Source of the DNA: the human T2T-CHM13v2.0 reference genome, Homo sapiens
Direction: 5' to 3' (one strand)
Assembly (NCBI RefSeq): GCF_009914755.1
Contig: NC_060945.1
Length of the DNA: 64,000 bases
Each line of letters starts with the position of its first letter. The stretch's first letter is position 1. The notes beneath the pieces are model-generated. The model saw only the letters and a list, made by a program, of their open reading frames with translations, searched no databases and was not told the DNA's origin. The position numbers and the translations under genes were made by a program. Shown piece by piece: positions 14,505 through 30,490 of the stretch.

Positions 14505-17500
14505 TTAGTCTTTGCCCATCAGGGTTTTAAAAAACAATGTTATATCACTGTTTTACTTTGCATTTCCCTGACGACTATGAGATTGAGCATATCTTCATAG
14601 GTTTATTGGCTGTGTATTTTTTCCTGTGTACTATAAAATTCTTTGCCTTTTTTGTCCACGTCTAATAGAGATTCTGTTAGACATCCACACTGAAATATTT
14701 ATACATAAAATTATAGAATTGAAATTATTTCAAAATAACCCAGTGAGGGAAAAGAGAATTGAGCAGGTTGAGAAAGGGGAATACAGATAAAACAAGACTG
14801 GGTGAGAGCTGATCATTGCTGAGCATTCAGCGCACTATTCTCTCTTGTGTATGTTTAATTCTTTTCATAATAAGTTTTCAAAAATGTTCATTTTTCTCTG
14901 AAGATGTTCATATTTAGTATTTCTTACTGATTTGTAAGAACACTTCATGGAATAAAAAAGTTTGCCTTTTGTTGCTGACAAACTGTACTGGGTACATAAT
15001 ACTAGGTAATCCAGTATTGGTACTGGGTAAATAATTACCCACCTTCCTTCTATGTACAGTCAGATAACCCAACACCATTAACTAAATAATCCATCTTTCC
15101 CCTTTCTGATGTAAAAAGACACTTTTATCTTGCACTAATTTCCAATATATGCACAACTTTATTTCTAGACTTCCAGTTTGCCCCATTGACCTATCTATGC
15201 ATGGGATGTGCAGTTTTAATTTCTATATCTTTACATTTTGCTTCTGGTTTTTTATTGGCTATTCTTACCTAATGGTTTTTCCCAGATGACTTTTATAATA
15301 ATTGTATTAATTTTCCTAAGTATCTACTACACTTATAAACACCCCTCCCTGCAGAACTCCTTCCCAAAGACAGAGAGCCTGCTTTTCTCTTTCACACTGG
15401 TATGTTTTTATGTTTCCACCTAGGGTCTCATCTGTTGCATGCAAGCTCAGAATTCACTTGACATGCTGATAGCATATAATGTTAAAGAATTCTTCTCTCA
15501 GTGTAAAAAATATTTAGCTACTGTGGAAGGTCAAACTGCTAAAACCGACTGGTGTAACATTTGAATGCTGCCCTTTATATAAGCTTTATTTTTATAAATA
15601 AGCATCTGACTAGAAAGTCAGTAAAAGAGCATGATATAATCAGTCTGAAGCCCAGTGTTTTAAATATAATACACTAATTTTAGACCCAAGTATTTTAGTT
15701 TTGCTTTATTGTCTACAGTTTCTTAAGAAGATGTAACTTAAAAGAAAAAAAAATCTTTTAAATGGCTCAATCAATTTATTAGAAATAAGCGGCAAAGAGC
15801 ATCTGTTCCCACAGAGCAACTGTTAAGTTAATCCCCATTAAGTCGGCCTCAAAGCACTTGGATGCAGCTACAGGATGTGGGTGTGATAGGATCACACAGG
15901 CGAACACCTGATAGGGCCTTACACACACCGGGCTAATCAGAACATCAAAAAAAAAACCTGAAGTCTCTTGGAAGGACTGAAAAATCCAATCCCTCCCCAA
16001 CCCCCCCAAAAAAACCTCCCAAAACAGACTATTCCATTCAATTCAGATTTTGTGAATTAATGAAATTTAAGAGCCACCTGAAACCACCAAAGATACACAG
16101 TGATTTTCTCCCGAATCTAAGGTCCAAATGACACAGGTAGAAAAATGCACTGATAAAATGTTAACAAAAATGCATGTCTAATACTTAGAGCTACGTGTGA
16201 GCAGGTTTTAGGAGAAGGATATTGATTCTCCCTGAGGCATGAGCATTACCCACCATTTCAGGAAGCCTCTGCAAGTGGAGAAGCCACAAACCCCTTCAAA
16301 AAGATCTCTCAATTACCCACTTCCCAGTCCCCTCTGATATGTGGTAAACAATTATTTCAATGAGGTTGGCAGAGATTTTTCAAAGCTAGCAGGCAGGCAT
16401 TTTGCAGCTACCTCCAGCTGGTCCAAGCAGCCAAGGCTGTCACCAGTGCCTGGTCACCGCTGAAAACACAAGGAGGGGCAGGACTAGGGCAGGAGAGTAG
16501 ATGGAGAGAGCTGTGTCCCGAACCAACATTCTCGAGATTCCTTTGCTAGTGTTTTTTCTTCAGGGTTCACTGAGAAGAGGAAGGTCAGATGGGGAGGGAC
16601 AAAACCCAAGGAAATGAGGCTCATTTCAAACTCTAACAACTTGATCACAAACAAAATGTATGTAGAATTACAAATAAGTTATTCTGTTTTCAGGCATCAA
16701 AAATGTTATCAATGAAATGTTGAGATGCTAAAGCAGTGAAATGTGAAACTAAGCAGTGTCACAGGCAACTGGGCCTCTCCCCTGGCCCATCCCAGGAGGG
16801 ATGAAGGGTGGCTGATATGAACTCTAAGGATTATTCTGAAGGGGCCAACAAATGTTACAAAGAGGCTCAAAAATAAAAATCAGAACCATTTTTCCCTCAT
16901 TCATCCAGGGCCTACTCCTGGCCATGTTCTGTGCTTTGCACTTTATTCAATTTAATTCAATTTTTCTCCTAAGCAATCTATTTAGATACTTTGTAGATGT
17001 GGAAATTGGTTTAGGGAAGCTTACATCATTTTCTTGCAGTCATATTTCTAGTAAATTGAAAGAGTTGTGACTCAGATCCAAGGTCTGAATGACTCCAACA
17101 TCCACACTCAGAACTTCCTTCACTTGGGATTGAGAAAAAGGGAAATAATGGAATTGGGAGGGGGAGAGAAGACACCAAGTAGAGATATCAGCATTCAGAA
17201 CTTCCTGCAGGAGAGGGTGAAAGAAGCTGGCAGCCGGGAACTGAGGGCCTTACTGATTACTTTAGTATCTTACCAATCAATTGCATTCCAAGGCTTGCTT
17301 ACTTAGGAGGCTGACTGCTTAGTCCAAGAAGAAACACTGGCTGAACTCTTTGACTTATTTTGCTGGAGGCAGAGAAGATAAGTGGTTAAGAGTAAAGACA
17401 ATGAAAACATAGTTTAAACCCAGTCCACTGGCCAGCTCCCTCCCAGCTGGGGATAACAGTAGGTACCTCACAGGCTGCTGAAAAGAAAAAATTAAGTGAA

Positions 17501-18096
17501 AGCACTTTTCAACAAGGCCTGGTTCATAGAATGAGCTACATACAGTACCTGGTAATTAGTATTACTATTGCCACAACCAAGGAGGCCTCTCAGCAAACTA
17601 TTTTTACATATGCCAGAAATACAGTTATTTTTTCCAGACTAATAAATCACAAACAATATGGCACGGTTGACCGCCAGGTTACTGATGCAATTTCTTTTCA
17701 CTGGAACCAAAAAACAAAACCACCAGCAAATCTGAACTAAGTATAATACAATAATTCTCCCTGTCTTAAATTTTAAAATACAGAAGAAAAGATGAATTGC
17801 TGTATACTCTAAACGCTCTTTTAAATGTTTGGAGTACAGAATGTCTTTCATGAAATCATCTTGATTAAAATGTACATTCTTTTCCAAGAAGGGAGTAAAC
17901 TGAGTATGGAAGACCCTCACCATTAGTTTTTATAAATGATTGATCAATGGGAATCGTCACTGAAAAACTGCATACAATTTTTGGAATGAATGCAAATTGA
18001 TGGAATGTTTGTAAGCTCATGTGCTTCTTCCAACACCCCAGCATGCTCCCACCTCACAGCCTTTACACTGTATTGTTCTCTCCAGGTTTAATACTT

Positions 18097-18637
18097 GTAG
18101 AAAAGGGGAAAAAAACCTTTTTTCTCTACCCTGTTAGGTTCAGCACATGAGGCCTTGCCAATCAAACTGACAAGACAGATTCGCAGGGGAAAAAACACAA
18201 ATTTTATTTAATGTTATTATTTTTACATGAGGGAGGGGAGAGGAGGGAGCTCCACAGAAAAGCAAAAACCCAAAAGAAGCAGTTAGGCCTGAGAGCATAC
18301 ACACCATTTTAACAAAGAGCAATAAACTGTGGAGAAGTCACAAGACAAAGGAGAGGGGATTAGGGCTTCCAGGGGAAGTGTGGTAAGGTAAATATATGGG
18401 GGAAACTAATAGAAGATAAGGGTTATTTCAATAAGGTTTGTTTCTGCAGGCGATGGTGCCACCTCTAGTGGTCTCTCCAGGGATGGAGAGGGGAAGGAGG
18501 ATACCTTCACACAGCAAAATTTTTATAAAAAGGGGGTAAAGCTTGTCCTGGGTCTGCTATTTCTCGATTGTCTTCAGCTCAAATTAGTACTTTGCTGAAA
18601 TGGCATATTTGGGGGTAGCATACTCTGATCCCCTTCA
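18097..18637 (-). mobile_element. ERV1 LTR (MER31/MER67-like)
   Basis: ttcagctcaaa...ggcatatttgggggtagcatactctgatccccttca terminus; subfamily uncertain. Confidence 0.55.
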
Positions 18638-18735
18638 TACCCTTCCAGACTGTGTCTCTATCCAGCTCCTCACTGGCTTAATTTTTCTTCATAGCACTGA
18701 CCACCAAGTGGCACAGAGTATACTGACTGACATCT

Positions 18736-18743
18736 AGATAGAC

Positions 18744-18798
<55 letters not shown>
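18736..18798 (+). repeat. Compound (GATA)n(GACA)n STR
   Basis: Seen directly. Confidence 0.97.
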
Positions 18799-19686
18799 TT
18801 GACTGATTTGCTCTCTGCCCCACCCAACAAAGTACAAGCTCTGTGAGATCAGGAAGCTGGCCTCTTTCATGGTTGTATCCCAATGCTTGGCATAGTGTTG
18901 GTGTTCAATTAATGCACCAAATAAATGAACGGATTTCCATATTATATCAATATTTTCTTACAATTAGAATTTCTGTGATGTTGATAGTGTAAGAATTTGT
19001 TTTTATTAGTTTTCAACAGTATCAACATTTACTCATTATGTAGTTACAGTATTGTATTTTTTTAAAGTAAACAATAAACAACACTGTCTTTGCTCCAAAT
19101 ACCTATAATGTGAAATATATAAAACTGGCCGACTGACCACAGAAACGGCAGTTAATAATCAAAATTACATGTGTCTGGCTGAATGGACTCCACGACCTTA
19201 CACTAGGTTCTGTAACAGCAGCATTTCATCACAATTTGTTAAATTTGAAGATAAATACCGTCTCTTTTCTGGTCAAAGATTCTTATATCTTTGGAAACTT
19301 GACAGAATTAATGTTTTTGACTTGTTTTTCACCACATAACATCAGGAGAGACTTTAACAGCAGTGAAGTGGCAAGGAGGACGCTTTATTTATATCCGTGT
19401 AAACCCACTTCATGCTCCCACTGAATGGCTCCAGTAAACTGAAATCACAATTTCACTAATATCTACATTCCAGCTCCAGCTACATTTGCCTGTCAAATGC
19501 AACAACTTACAGTTAAGCTTCTGCCTACACGAGCAATCACAGAACCATTAAATAAGAGGATTGCTTGTTTGAACTACTAGATCAGCCTTTCCTTATTTTT
19601 GCTAATCTGTGTGGTGTACGTTCATTACCTTTTTTTTTTATGTTAAAGACCACCATGCGTAACACTACTTGACAGCAGCAATTTAT

Positions 19687-20013
19687 AGCAGTGGTCCCCA
19701 GCCTTTCTGGCACCAGGGAATGGTTTGATGAAAGACAATTTTGTGGTTTGGTTTCGGGATGAAACTGCTCCACCTCAGATCATCAGGCATTAGATTCTAA
19801 TAAGGAGTGTGCAACCCAGCTCTCACTTTCTTACATGCGGTTCACAATAGGGTTTGCGCTCCTATGAGCATCTAATGCCCTGCTGATGTGACAAGAGGCA
19901 GGGCTCAGGCAGCAACACTCACTCACCCATTGCTCACCTACTGCTGTGCAGCAAAGCTCCTAACACGCCACAGACCGGTACCAGTCCATGGCCCAGGGGT
20001 TAGGGACTCCTGA
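19687..20013. mobile_element. MER1-type MITE (second copy)
   Basis: Shares ggatgaaact..ccacctcagatcatcag..cattag with the 13370 copy. Confidence 0.75.
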
Positions 20014-20140
20014 TTCACAGCATTACAATAAATAATAAATAATTAAAATATTACCTGATATTTGGCAAACAATCCCTCTCTAAGTCACTACTTCCAGCCT
20101 ATGTTCAGGCTAGAAATGCCAAATAAAAAAGCACATGTCT

Positions 20141-20562
<422 letters not shown>

Positions 20563-20846
20563 CTAAACAGATTTACCCATTCAGTAAATATTACATGTAC
20601 AAAGAACTTAAAATAGTATGAGATTTAATGTTAAGAAATAAAATGTAGGATCTAAAACATAATCTATAGCATAATCTCAAAAATGGTTTAGAAATGACAT
20701 AATAATACAGACATTTGTGGGTGGTAGGATTATGCATATTTTTATATATTTTTAAATATATTTTTCAAAAGCTTCCTATAAAGAATGTAATTCTTTCCCA
20801 ATTCCAAATCTAGCTTAAACATAATTTTACAAAAATTATTCTCTCA

Positions 20847-21446
20847 GAATGTAAACTAGTACCACCTCTGTGGAAAACATTATGGAGATTTCCTAAAGAG
20901 TTAAAAGTAGATCTACCATTTGATCCAGCAATCTTAATACTGGGTATCTACCCGGAGGAAAAGAAGTCATTGTATGAAAAAGACACTTGTACACATATGT
21001 TTACAGGACCACAATTCACAAATGCAAAGATGCAGAACCAACCTAAGTGGCCAGTGACTAATGAGAGGATAAAGAAGATGTGGCATATATACATCAGGGA
21101 CTACTGCTCAGCCATTACAAGGAACAAAATAATGTCTTTTGCAACAACTTGGATAGCGCTGGAGGCCATTATTCTAAGTAAAGTAATTCAGGAATTGGAA
21201 AACCAAAAACCGTATGTTCTCTCTTATAAGTGGGAACTAAGTTAGGAATAAGCAAAGGCACACAGAGGGACATATTGGACTTTAGAGACTCACGAGGAGG
21301 AGGGTAATAGGGGACTAGGGATTAAAAGAAAAACTAGACGTTAGGTACAAGGTACCCTACTTAAGTGCACTAAAATCTCAGAATTCACCACTACGTAATT
21401 CAACTAAGTAACAAGAAACCACTTGTACCCCAAAAGCTACTGAAAT
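20847..21446 (+). mobile_element. 5'-truncated L1 (L1PB-like) with perfect 16-bp TSD aaaaattattctctca
   Basis: ORF2 C-terminal/3'UTR sequence; TSD at 20831-20846 and 21447-21462. Confidence 0.9.
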
Positions 21447-21629
21447 AAAAATTATTCTCTCAAAAATTTTAAGCCCTAAACTTCAGTTCCTATTGTTTAT
21501 ATTTACTAAGAAAAACAACAGAAAACACTGTTTTAAAAATGGTGGATTTTTTTAAGGTTAAAGGTATATAAGACAGCTGCCTAAGGAAACGCAGATACCC
21601 CTGTACCTTGTTGTTGTTGTTGTTGTTTT

Positions 21630-21765
21630 TCACTTTTTTAAAAAACATAGAGATGGGATCTCCTTATGCTGCCCAGGCTTGTCTCAAACTCCTGACCTCA
21701 AGCAATCCTCTGACCTCAGACTCTCAAAGTTTTGGGACTACAGGCGACAGTCACCATGCCAGCCA
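21630..21765 (-). mobile_element. Alu monomer with (GTT)n-derived tail
   Basis: Alu left-arm motifs. Confidence 0.75.
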
Positions 21766-23127
21766 ATATCCTTGTACTTTTAACTCATTCCTACAAGCCA
21801 TGAATCCTCTAAGCATTGTCCCAGACACAGCACTGGCAAACTTCAATCGTTTTCATCAGAATATAAAGAAACACAGGGCATGCTTAACTTCAAGGCTGAT
21901 ATTTCCTTTGTGAGTAAAGCCTTGCCACAGATGAGAAGTCCTGAGGATCAAACAGGAAAACTTTAAGTTTAATTAAATCTAAAATCATAAAACCTAAGTT
22001 ATATGACTAAGCAAACTCTTCAAAGCACTCAGTCAACATCCATGCTGGTAAATATTTCAGGAATGAAATGAAAAATAACTTTCAATTCTAAAAGTTCATC
22101 CATCATGCATGCTTCACGTTGTAAAGCAAATATTTCACAAAAATGAGTTTACAACAAAAGAACACCAATCCCACTTCTCCAACACTCCATGTCAGGCAGC
22201 AAGCTTTCCACATTTGCTTACATTCTGAAAATAACTATTTTACATGCCAGGAATGCAATAGGCTTAAGCTGTCAAAAAGTATCATACTTTAAGTGTAACT
22301 GGGTAAGAACTATGGGCACACACACAATAAGCCTTCCAAAACAAGGGGAGGTAAATGAAATCTTAATACCTGTGTTTCCAGAAGCCCAGAAATGAAGTGC
22401 AATTCCTTATAATCTGTACATGTTTACATACCCATACAGACAATAAAATGTGTAAGGTAATGACAGGTCCATCTCTCCCCTTCCTTTTAGTGGGCATCTG
22501 ACATTTCAGGGTTCAGAATCACATATCCTGGGTCCCAAAAGGTCCCCCCATTCCTATTCCAACAGTGCTCACAATAGAAAAAGATGAACTGATCACTGGA
22601 CCCTACATCATCTCATATATGTATAATACTAGTCCACAGAGAGGTTGAAGATATGCCTGGTAACTCTATTCATCCTACCCCACAAGTTTTGTCCAAATCA
22701 GGCCATGCCTTCAAGTGGGCCAGATTGTCTTAAAGCTCCTGGCTTAATATTTAACTGATAGCAACAACCTAACGTTAGTACCTTAGTAACTAAAGGGGAT
22801 GCAGCAACATGAAGCAGAAAAAGTGATGAAGAAAGAGATTAGAAGTTAGAGAACAGGGACTGGGCTCTTGATCCTTAAAATGTGGGTGATTTTGAACAAC
22901 TCAACATCTCCAGATATTACTTTCTTCATCTGTAAAGTGGAGAAGCTTAAAAAGGAGGTCTTATAGATTCTACCTGTTCCAGAAACTATGATTCTCTTCC
23001 TAGACAGCTGCAGGTTGAAGAGACTCTCCTAGAGCTGCACTGTCCAATACAGTAACCACTAGCCATCTGTGGCTACTAAGTACTTGACATGCAGCTGGTC
23101 TGAATTAAAATATGTGAAATATGTAAT

Positions 23128-23450
23128 CAGGTGCGGTGGCTCACAACTGTAATCCCGGCACTTTGGGAGGCCAAAGCGGCAAGTCACTTGAGGTCAGGAG
23201 TTCAAGACCAGCCTGGCCAACATGGTGAAATCTCATCCCTACCAAAAATAAAAAAATTAGCTGGGTGTGATGGCACACGCCTGTAATCCCAGCTACTCAG
23301 GAGGCTGAGGCAGGAAAACTGCTTGAACCCAGGAGGTGGAGGTTGCAATGAGCCAAGATTGCAATGAGCAAGCTAGATTGCACTCTAGCCTGGGCAACCG
23401 ACTGAGTGAGACTCCGTCTCAAAAAAATAGTAATAATAAAATAAAAAATA
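23128..23450 (+). mobile_element. AluS inserted in a MER33/MER3-like DNA element (~23030-23620)
   Basis: TSD-like aaatatgtgaaat; flank gctgcactgtccaatacagtaaccactagcca. Confidence 0.85.
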
Positions 23451-23868
23451 AATATGTGAAATGTGAACATTTTGAAGACATAATATGAAAAAATAATGTA
23501 TTTCATAAATAGCTTTTATATTGACCACCTGTTGAAATAACATTTTGAATTTAGTGACAGACTAAAATTAATTTCGCCTGCTTATTTTTTTATGTGGCTA
23601 CTTGAAAACTTTAAATTAGATCTAACGGTCCTATTATACCTCTACTGGATAATTCTGCTTTAAAGTCAGTCCTGGGCATGCATGACGCCCAGAGGAATTC
23701 ACAGATAAAATGAGCCCAGGAATCTGTATGGAATACAGACCTGTAGGTTACCATTTCCATATTAAATGTGTAAAGGGCTGTTTTAAAACCATGCTTTTGT
23801 TTTCTTATTTTGTGCACCAACAATAAATCAACAGCAAATATCATTGGGTCTAAAAATAATTGATATCT

Positions 23869-24175
23869 GGCTGGGCGCGGTGGCTCATGCCTGTAATCCC
23901 AGCACTTTGGGAGGCCGAGACGGGTGGATCATGAGGTCAGGAGATCAAGACCATCCTGGCTAACATGGTGAAACCCTGTCTCTACCAAAAATACAAAAAA
24001 ACGTAGCTGGGAGTGGTGGCGGAAGCCTGTAGTCCCAGCTACTCGGGAGGCTGAGGGAGGAGAATGGCGTGAACCCAGGAGGGAGGCAGAGCTTGCAGTG
24101 AGCCGAGACCGTGCCACTGCACTCCAGCCTGGACAACAGAGCGAGACTTCGTCTCAAAAAAAAAAAAAAAAAAAA
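23869..24175 (+). mobile_element. AluY-like
   Basis: Diagnostic ggctaaca and atggcgtgaaccc. Confidence 0.9.
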
Positions 24176-25217
24176 GATACCACTTCATTTATGCTATGCC
24201 TGAATCCTAATTATCAACTGTAGGCCTTAACAATAATCCTAAGTGGATGTGCCTTTATGCAGGCACTTGTGGCCTTTTTGTTTTCTTTGAATTAAATATA
24301 CAAAGTAATAATTTATCTTACTTCATAAAAAGATTATAATCTCCCATTTTTTAAAACACATTTGATATTAGTAGGAATAACTAAAATGAACTCGTATGAA
24401 TAGAACATTTTTATTTCATTGATATCTAACTAGGAACGTTGCAACTAATTTTTGCAATCTGTATCAATTTGTTTAATATATTTTAAATGAACAAAGAAGC
24501 AGAGATAGTTTCTAGAGAGCTTATTTACTTAAAAATACAACAGATATTAATCAATAAAATATTAATAAGATTCAGGTGAGTCGAGAGTGAGTACTCAAGT
24601 TCTCTTTTCTCACAACGTATTCTTGGAGTGCCAACCTTTTCAGTTCAATGATTTTATGCAAAGGTATACATCTAACTGCCTGCAAAATAAACTACTGACT
24701 ATTTTAAATCAGATAAAGCAAACAACAGCCCCCAGCTCTGCAATCCAAAGCCAGCAAGGTCACCCATTTCAGACTGGGTTTGAAGCATAGCCAGTTATGA
24801 TAGCTCAAATATTTTCAGATGTATGAAAGCAGAACAGAATTCAGAAATATACATTCTTTGGCAGACAATTTTTTTAGAACCAAGTTTCTCAAATTATATA
24901 ATACAAACTATATGACTATTAGAAAATTATGCATGAATTAAAGGAGATTTATTTAATTTTCAAATTCTAATATAATTAAAATTTTCAAACTTAACTATAT
25001 GGGCTTCACGGGTGAAAAAAAGTATAATTTAAAAATATGAGCAATATAATATGACAGAAATATACATTCAAACACTCTTTCTAATTTTTCATAAATTAAC
25101 AACTATTTGAGACATGCACAAATTTTCATGTGTTTTTCTGAAGGTGGTATCCAGAAGTGATAATTTTCCTGACAGTTTAACATTTTTTAAAGACATGCCA
25201 AGATTTAAATAATCTAG

Positions 25218-25526
<309 letters not shown>

Positions 25527-27230
25527 TGATTACTCTTAAAACTGCGGGATCAAAATGAAATGTTAGAAAGTAAAACCAACAGCAGAAAGTAAAACCAAGA
25601 GCAGCTTCTGAGGAATCATATTTTAGACATTTCTTTCAGACAGATTCTGTAATGTGTCAAACTATTGGAACATATTTCAACTAAATATTTAAGTGAAGAC
25701 AAAATCCCTACTACAAAACCTCCAAATACTCTAACAATGATGATTCTATCAGGCCTACTCAGAACTACAGGTTTTCCCCACATCTTGATTTCAAAGCATA
25801 CTTTCTGTGACGTATCTTCATTTAATCACTTTTAGAATAATTGAACAAGAAAATAGGTAAGGAATTAAAATAAATTTTAAAATGGCAGTCCCATTCTTAC
25901 TGACATAAATTTATTAAGATCAATGTTCCTTTTTGCATAGATCTTCCCATTCTGTTTCAATAACACCAGCAAGCATAAACAGATTTGAAAAGCTACGCAG
26001 CCACAGAAAACAGGTTCAGCATGACAGACAGATCTAGCTCAAAAGAGGTGCTCAGTGTCAAGCTCTTTTCTAAAAACCTCAAAGCTTGTTTTGTCTGCTG
26101 TTGCTTTCAAAGAACAAGCACAACAAAATTGTTTTGAGGAAGTCTCTAGATCAAACGAAAGACAGTTAACCAACAGGGAGAGTAAACTGACTGCCACTGC
26201 TGTCCACACAGGGCCACAGAAATCATTGCTTTGTTCCATCACTCTAGCTGGAAGGCCTTCCCAGGAATGCAAGTCTGAACCATCTAGAGTTCTCTCAGCC
26301 AGAATGAAGGCTCAGCTCTTGGATGTTTCTACCATAAAAATGAGAAAGCATTTCCTACCTCCTCCTCTGTCACTCCACAAAGATGTGCTTCCTGTGTGGC
26401 TGGCTAGCAGATAAGAGAAGGTAAGCAAATCCCAAAAGCCTACTGTAATCGCTCACGGAGAATCTTAGCTTTGGTTCAGAACGTTAAGTCTACCCATTTT
26501 CCTCTATCCCTTTATGGTACTGTATTTCTTCTACATCCCAGAATGCCAGTTGCCACTCAATATCCTACCTCTCCTTTACCCTTAAGAAGAGAGCCGGAAA
26601 TGTAATTTCTGATAGCAATGCTCCCAGCTAATAGAGCACATTTACATGCTCCCTTGCATCGAGGTGTCACTATCTGGCCCATGAGATTAAGCAGACCTTG
26701 AAAAGGACTTCTACAAAAGCTCCTAAACCTAACTGAACCATGAATATCAATGCCTCGTCCCCATTTTAGGAACATTTAAAAGTACTCCATTTCTAAGAAA
26801 ATGAAGTTCAAACTCATTAAGGGCATCCAAAATTTATAATTTCACACTGTCTCCTTCACTTATTATACCCCTGGGCTTCCCCCTTTGAAACTCTACACCC
26901 TCGCTGTTTTTTCTGTCTGGGAAGCCCTCCCCACCCCAGTTCACCTTCACACATCCTTGAAACCTAGTTCAAATTCTGCCTGCCTTCTCTGGGAAGAGTT
27001 TGTACCTCCTCTATTATAGCCTTTGGCACACTGTACCTAATTATTTCTCCGTCTCTTTCTTCCTCCACTGGACTGCGGAATTCCTCAAGGCACAGACTGA
27101 GCTACCTTTCTATTTACTCACAGCCCCACCCAGATTCTAGATCTCCTGTCATAACTGAAACACAGAATCCATGCAGTATGTCCATAAAATGAATAATAAT
27201 TTCACAAATTCAAAATGAGAGAAACAATAA

Positions 27231-27531
<301 letters not shown>

Positions 27532-30195
27532 ATAAATTAGTAATTTTTTAAACATCTAACTCCAAATAAATGTCAACATCACAGAAGTCAATCACAAATG
27601 CCCTGAGAAAACTTGCAGTAGAGACATAAAAGGGGAATGCACAATCCAAATATTCAGCTAAACATTCTGCATTAAACCTTCCCCCTCATCTGCACACAGA
27701 AGAATCACGGGCTTAGGCTTGGCTTTGTGTTCAACCTCTGATAGAAATGAGCAAACGAGCAATGAAGTCAACATGTCAGATTGCTTTGTAAATCTAAATA
27801 ACTTCGCATGTGATAATAAATTCTAAGAATGCATCCAATGTCTTTTTCTCTGCAACAACAAGACACTAATATTTTTTTCTCATCTCATCGGCTATTTATT
27901 AAATCAATAAATACAATTAAAAACACATGCGCATAAGAAATACTCTCAATAAACTGAAGGGATGCTTCCCATCTGTGTCCCTACAATATGACCCAGAAAA
28001 TTCACAATGATATAAATTTAACCTTTGAGTCTAGCTCACAAAAGTGAAGTGAAATATCCAAATAGCAAATACGAAGAAAGGAACTACCAAGAAACAAGGA
28101 AAGTCAGCCTCCAATTTTGTTCATTTAAGTATACCCTCTCTGCCACCACAACATTCATTATGTTTGTCCTGGACAGCTCTAATGGCCATGCTGATTGATA
28201 CTCAGTGTTAAGGCCACCTCTGTCCAACAGACTTTGCTTCTACTCTGTTTCAGCCAAATACTCACATGGCTACTCTATCATCACCTGGAAATCTCCCAGC
28301 TTCCCTCAGGAATTCCCCCCTCTCCTATTTCACTGAACAAGCAGGAATAAGTGATTCCAAAATTGCAATTTTGTCTCAAATGTACTCTTAAAAGTGAAAC
28401 CCTCCACAATTCAACTAGCAGCAGTTCTGTAAGCTGCCTTTACATTCAAACACCCTATGGGTTAGCCAAGAACGCCCCTCCACAACAACCATAGAATTTT
28501 TATATTCGTTTTACTTCTGTTGCATTTAAATTTTCTGGATTCTGTGGTATAAGAGGATTTAACACTTGACACAAAACATTCAAAATAAGATTGAGAAAAT
28601 ACTAGCAAGATACAAGGCTAATCATAATGACCTCAATTAGATTTTCAATTCCTGTCAAGTTAATGGTATATAGTAGTATTGGCTTCAAGCTCTTCAAATT
28701 GAAAAATACAATTCTTTTAGATAACAGAGGTAATAGAATTCAATATATTTTTTTAAAGGGCCAATTTTGATCCTTGTCACACTAAACACTAGCTGTAAAA
28801 TGGCCAAAAAAGGAGCCAAAAAAAAAGACAATGACAGAGAAATTTTCATTTTGATGCCACTAAATTTAATTCCAATACACATTTTCTTTCCAAACTCTAC
28901 TAACTTCTTCACACAAAATTATGTCTAGGCACCCTCTATTGAAAGTGTCCCAATCAATCAGGGCATGGATGAAATATTTCAAAAATGAGGCATTTTTTCT
29001 TTTTGCAGGCCAACTGAATTTTTGAAATACAATTGCAAATGACTGAACGTGATGTATTGACAGTATTTATGAAACCTTTTCACAATAAAATGTTCCAAAA
29101 AGAGGCTGAAAAAAAAGAATCTTATTTAAAAGGCTTTAATCTTCTTTCTATGCTTGTTCACAGTTTCTTAAATGTTGAGAAGGTTGCACAGCTGTTCGAA
29201 TCTTCAATCTGAACGTAATTCTTTATCACCACAACATAGAATTTCTAGAGAACTCATTTATTTAGTACATACAAAATGTAAGGCATTATCATGAGTGATC
29301 AAACAAATTACTGTATAGAAAAGTGTGTGATCACAATCAACACTAACTTCTCTCTCCCACCACTTGTTTTCAACATTTAATCACCCAAAGTAGATCTTCT
29401 GTCTACAATTATTCTTTTACAATGTAGTAAATATATAGTTCCTTCCCCCAGTTATCTAAGTTTACCTTCACATACTGAAATGATCAGAGAACTTTGACAA
29501 TACTACAGAAACTATTGCATTCACAACACACATCCTTCTACGTAGCATTCTCTTATATTCCTTACCCAACTTAATTTTTTCCAAGTCACTTCCTTCCTCC
29601 TTTTTATTCTGTCTACCCTCTTGGGGGCAAGGACCTCGAAAATATTTGTGAAATGAAGGAGTGGCCCTTTCTTGGTTGTACCCCTAAGAATCTAGGTTTC
29701 TTTGTGTATGAAAATAAGCTAATTTCCACAGAAATTTGGCTTTAATTTTAAATTGCTAATCAATTTAATATGTAAGTATCTATGATTAATTATTCTTAGA
29801 ATAATTAGTCTGCATATTTTCACATTTCTATGGGAGTTTCTTAGGTACTCTTCAGTTATATCCTCAAACTAATTTACTGTAATGACAAAATTATATTTGT
29901 GTTAAACCATAATAAGCAATTGAGAGCATCAGGATGGAGAATATTTGCTACTACATATCACTTTTCATATGATGGGTTTTAATGTTAGTCTCTGAAGACT
30001 TAAGCGAAGACTTCAAAAACTTTGCATCGGTTTTAAAGGCTTAATCTTTGAAGTAGATGAGGATTTTTTTTTTGAAAGATAAAAAAATCAATAAATACAG
30101 TTAAGAAACAGTGCTTATCCATCTTTATTCTATGAGCCTATCAATTCAATTATAAACAAAATAACTGAGTAATGATATTTATAAAAACAACATTG

Positions 30196-30490
30196 GCCAG
30201 GCACAATAGCTCACACCTGTAATCTAGCACTTTGGAAGGTCGAGGCAGGAGGATCGCTTGAGCCCAGGAGTTCAAGATCAGCCTGGGCAACATAGTGGGG
30301 ACCCCATCTCTACAAAACATTTAAGAAATTAGTCAGATGTGGTGGCACATGCCTGTAGTCCCAGCTACTCTGGAGGCTGGGGCAGGAAGATGGCTTCAGC
30401 CCAGGAGGCCACGGCTACAGATCACACCACTGCACTTCAGCCTGGGTGACAGAGTGAGGACTTGTCCCGAAAACAAACAAAACCAAACAC
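30196..30490 (+). mobile_element. AluJ-like
   Basis: Alu motifs. Confidence 0.87.

Noticed and set aside
18452-18473. CTCF-like CCACTAGAGGTGGCAC in an LTR
   Set aside because: Does not fit the core consensus without mismatches in key positions; cannot be scored by eye.
20970-21245. 91-aa ORF similar to the L1 ORF2 C-terminus
   Set aside because: Part of a 0.6-kb 5'-truncated L1; non-functional.
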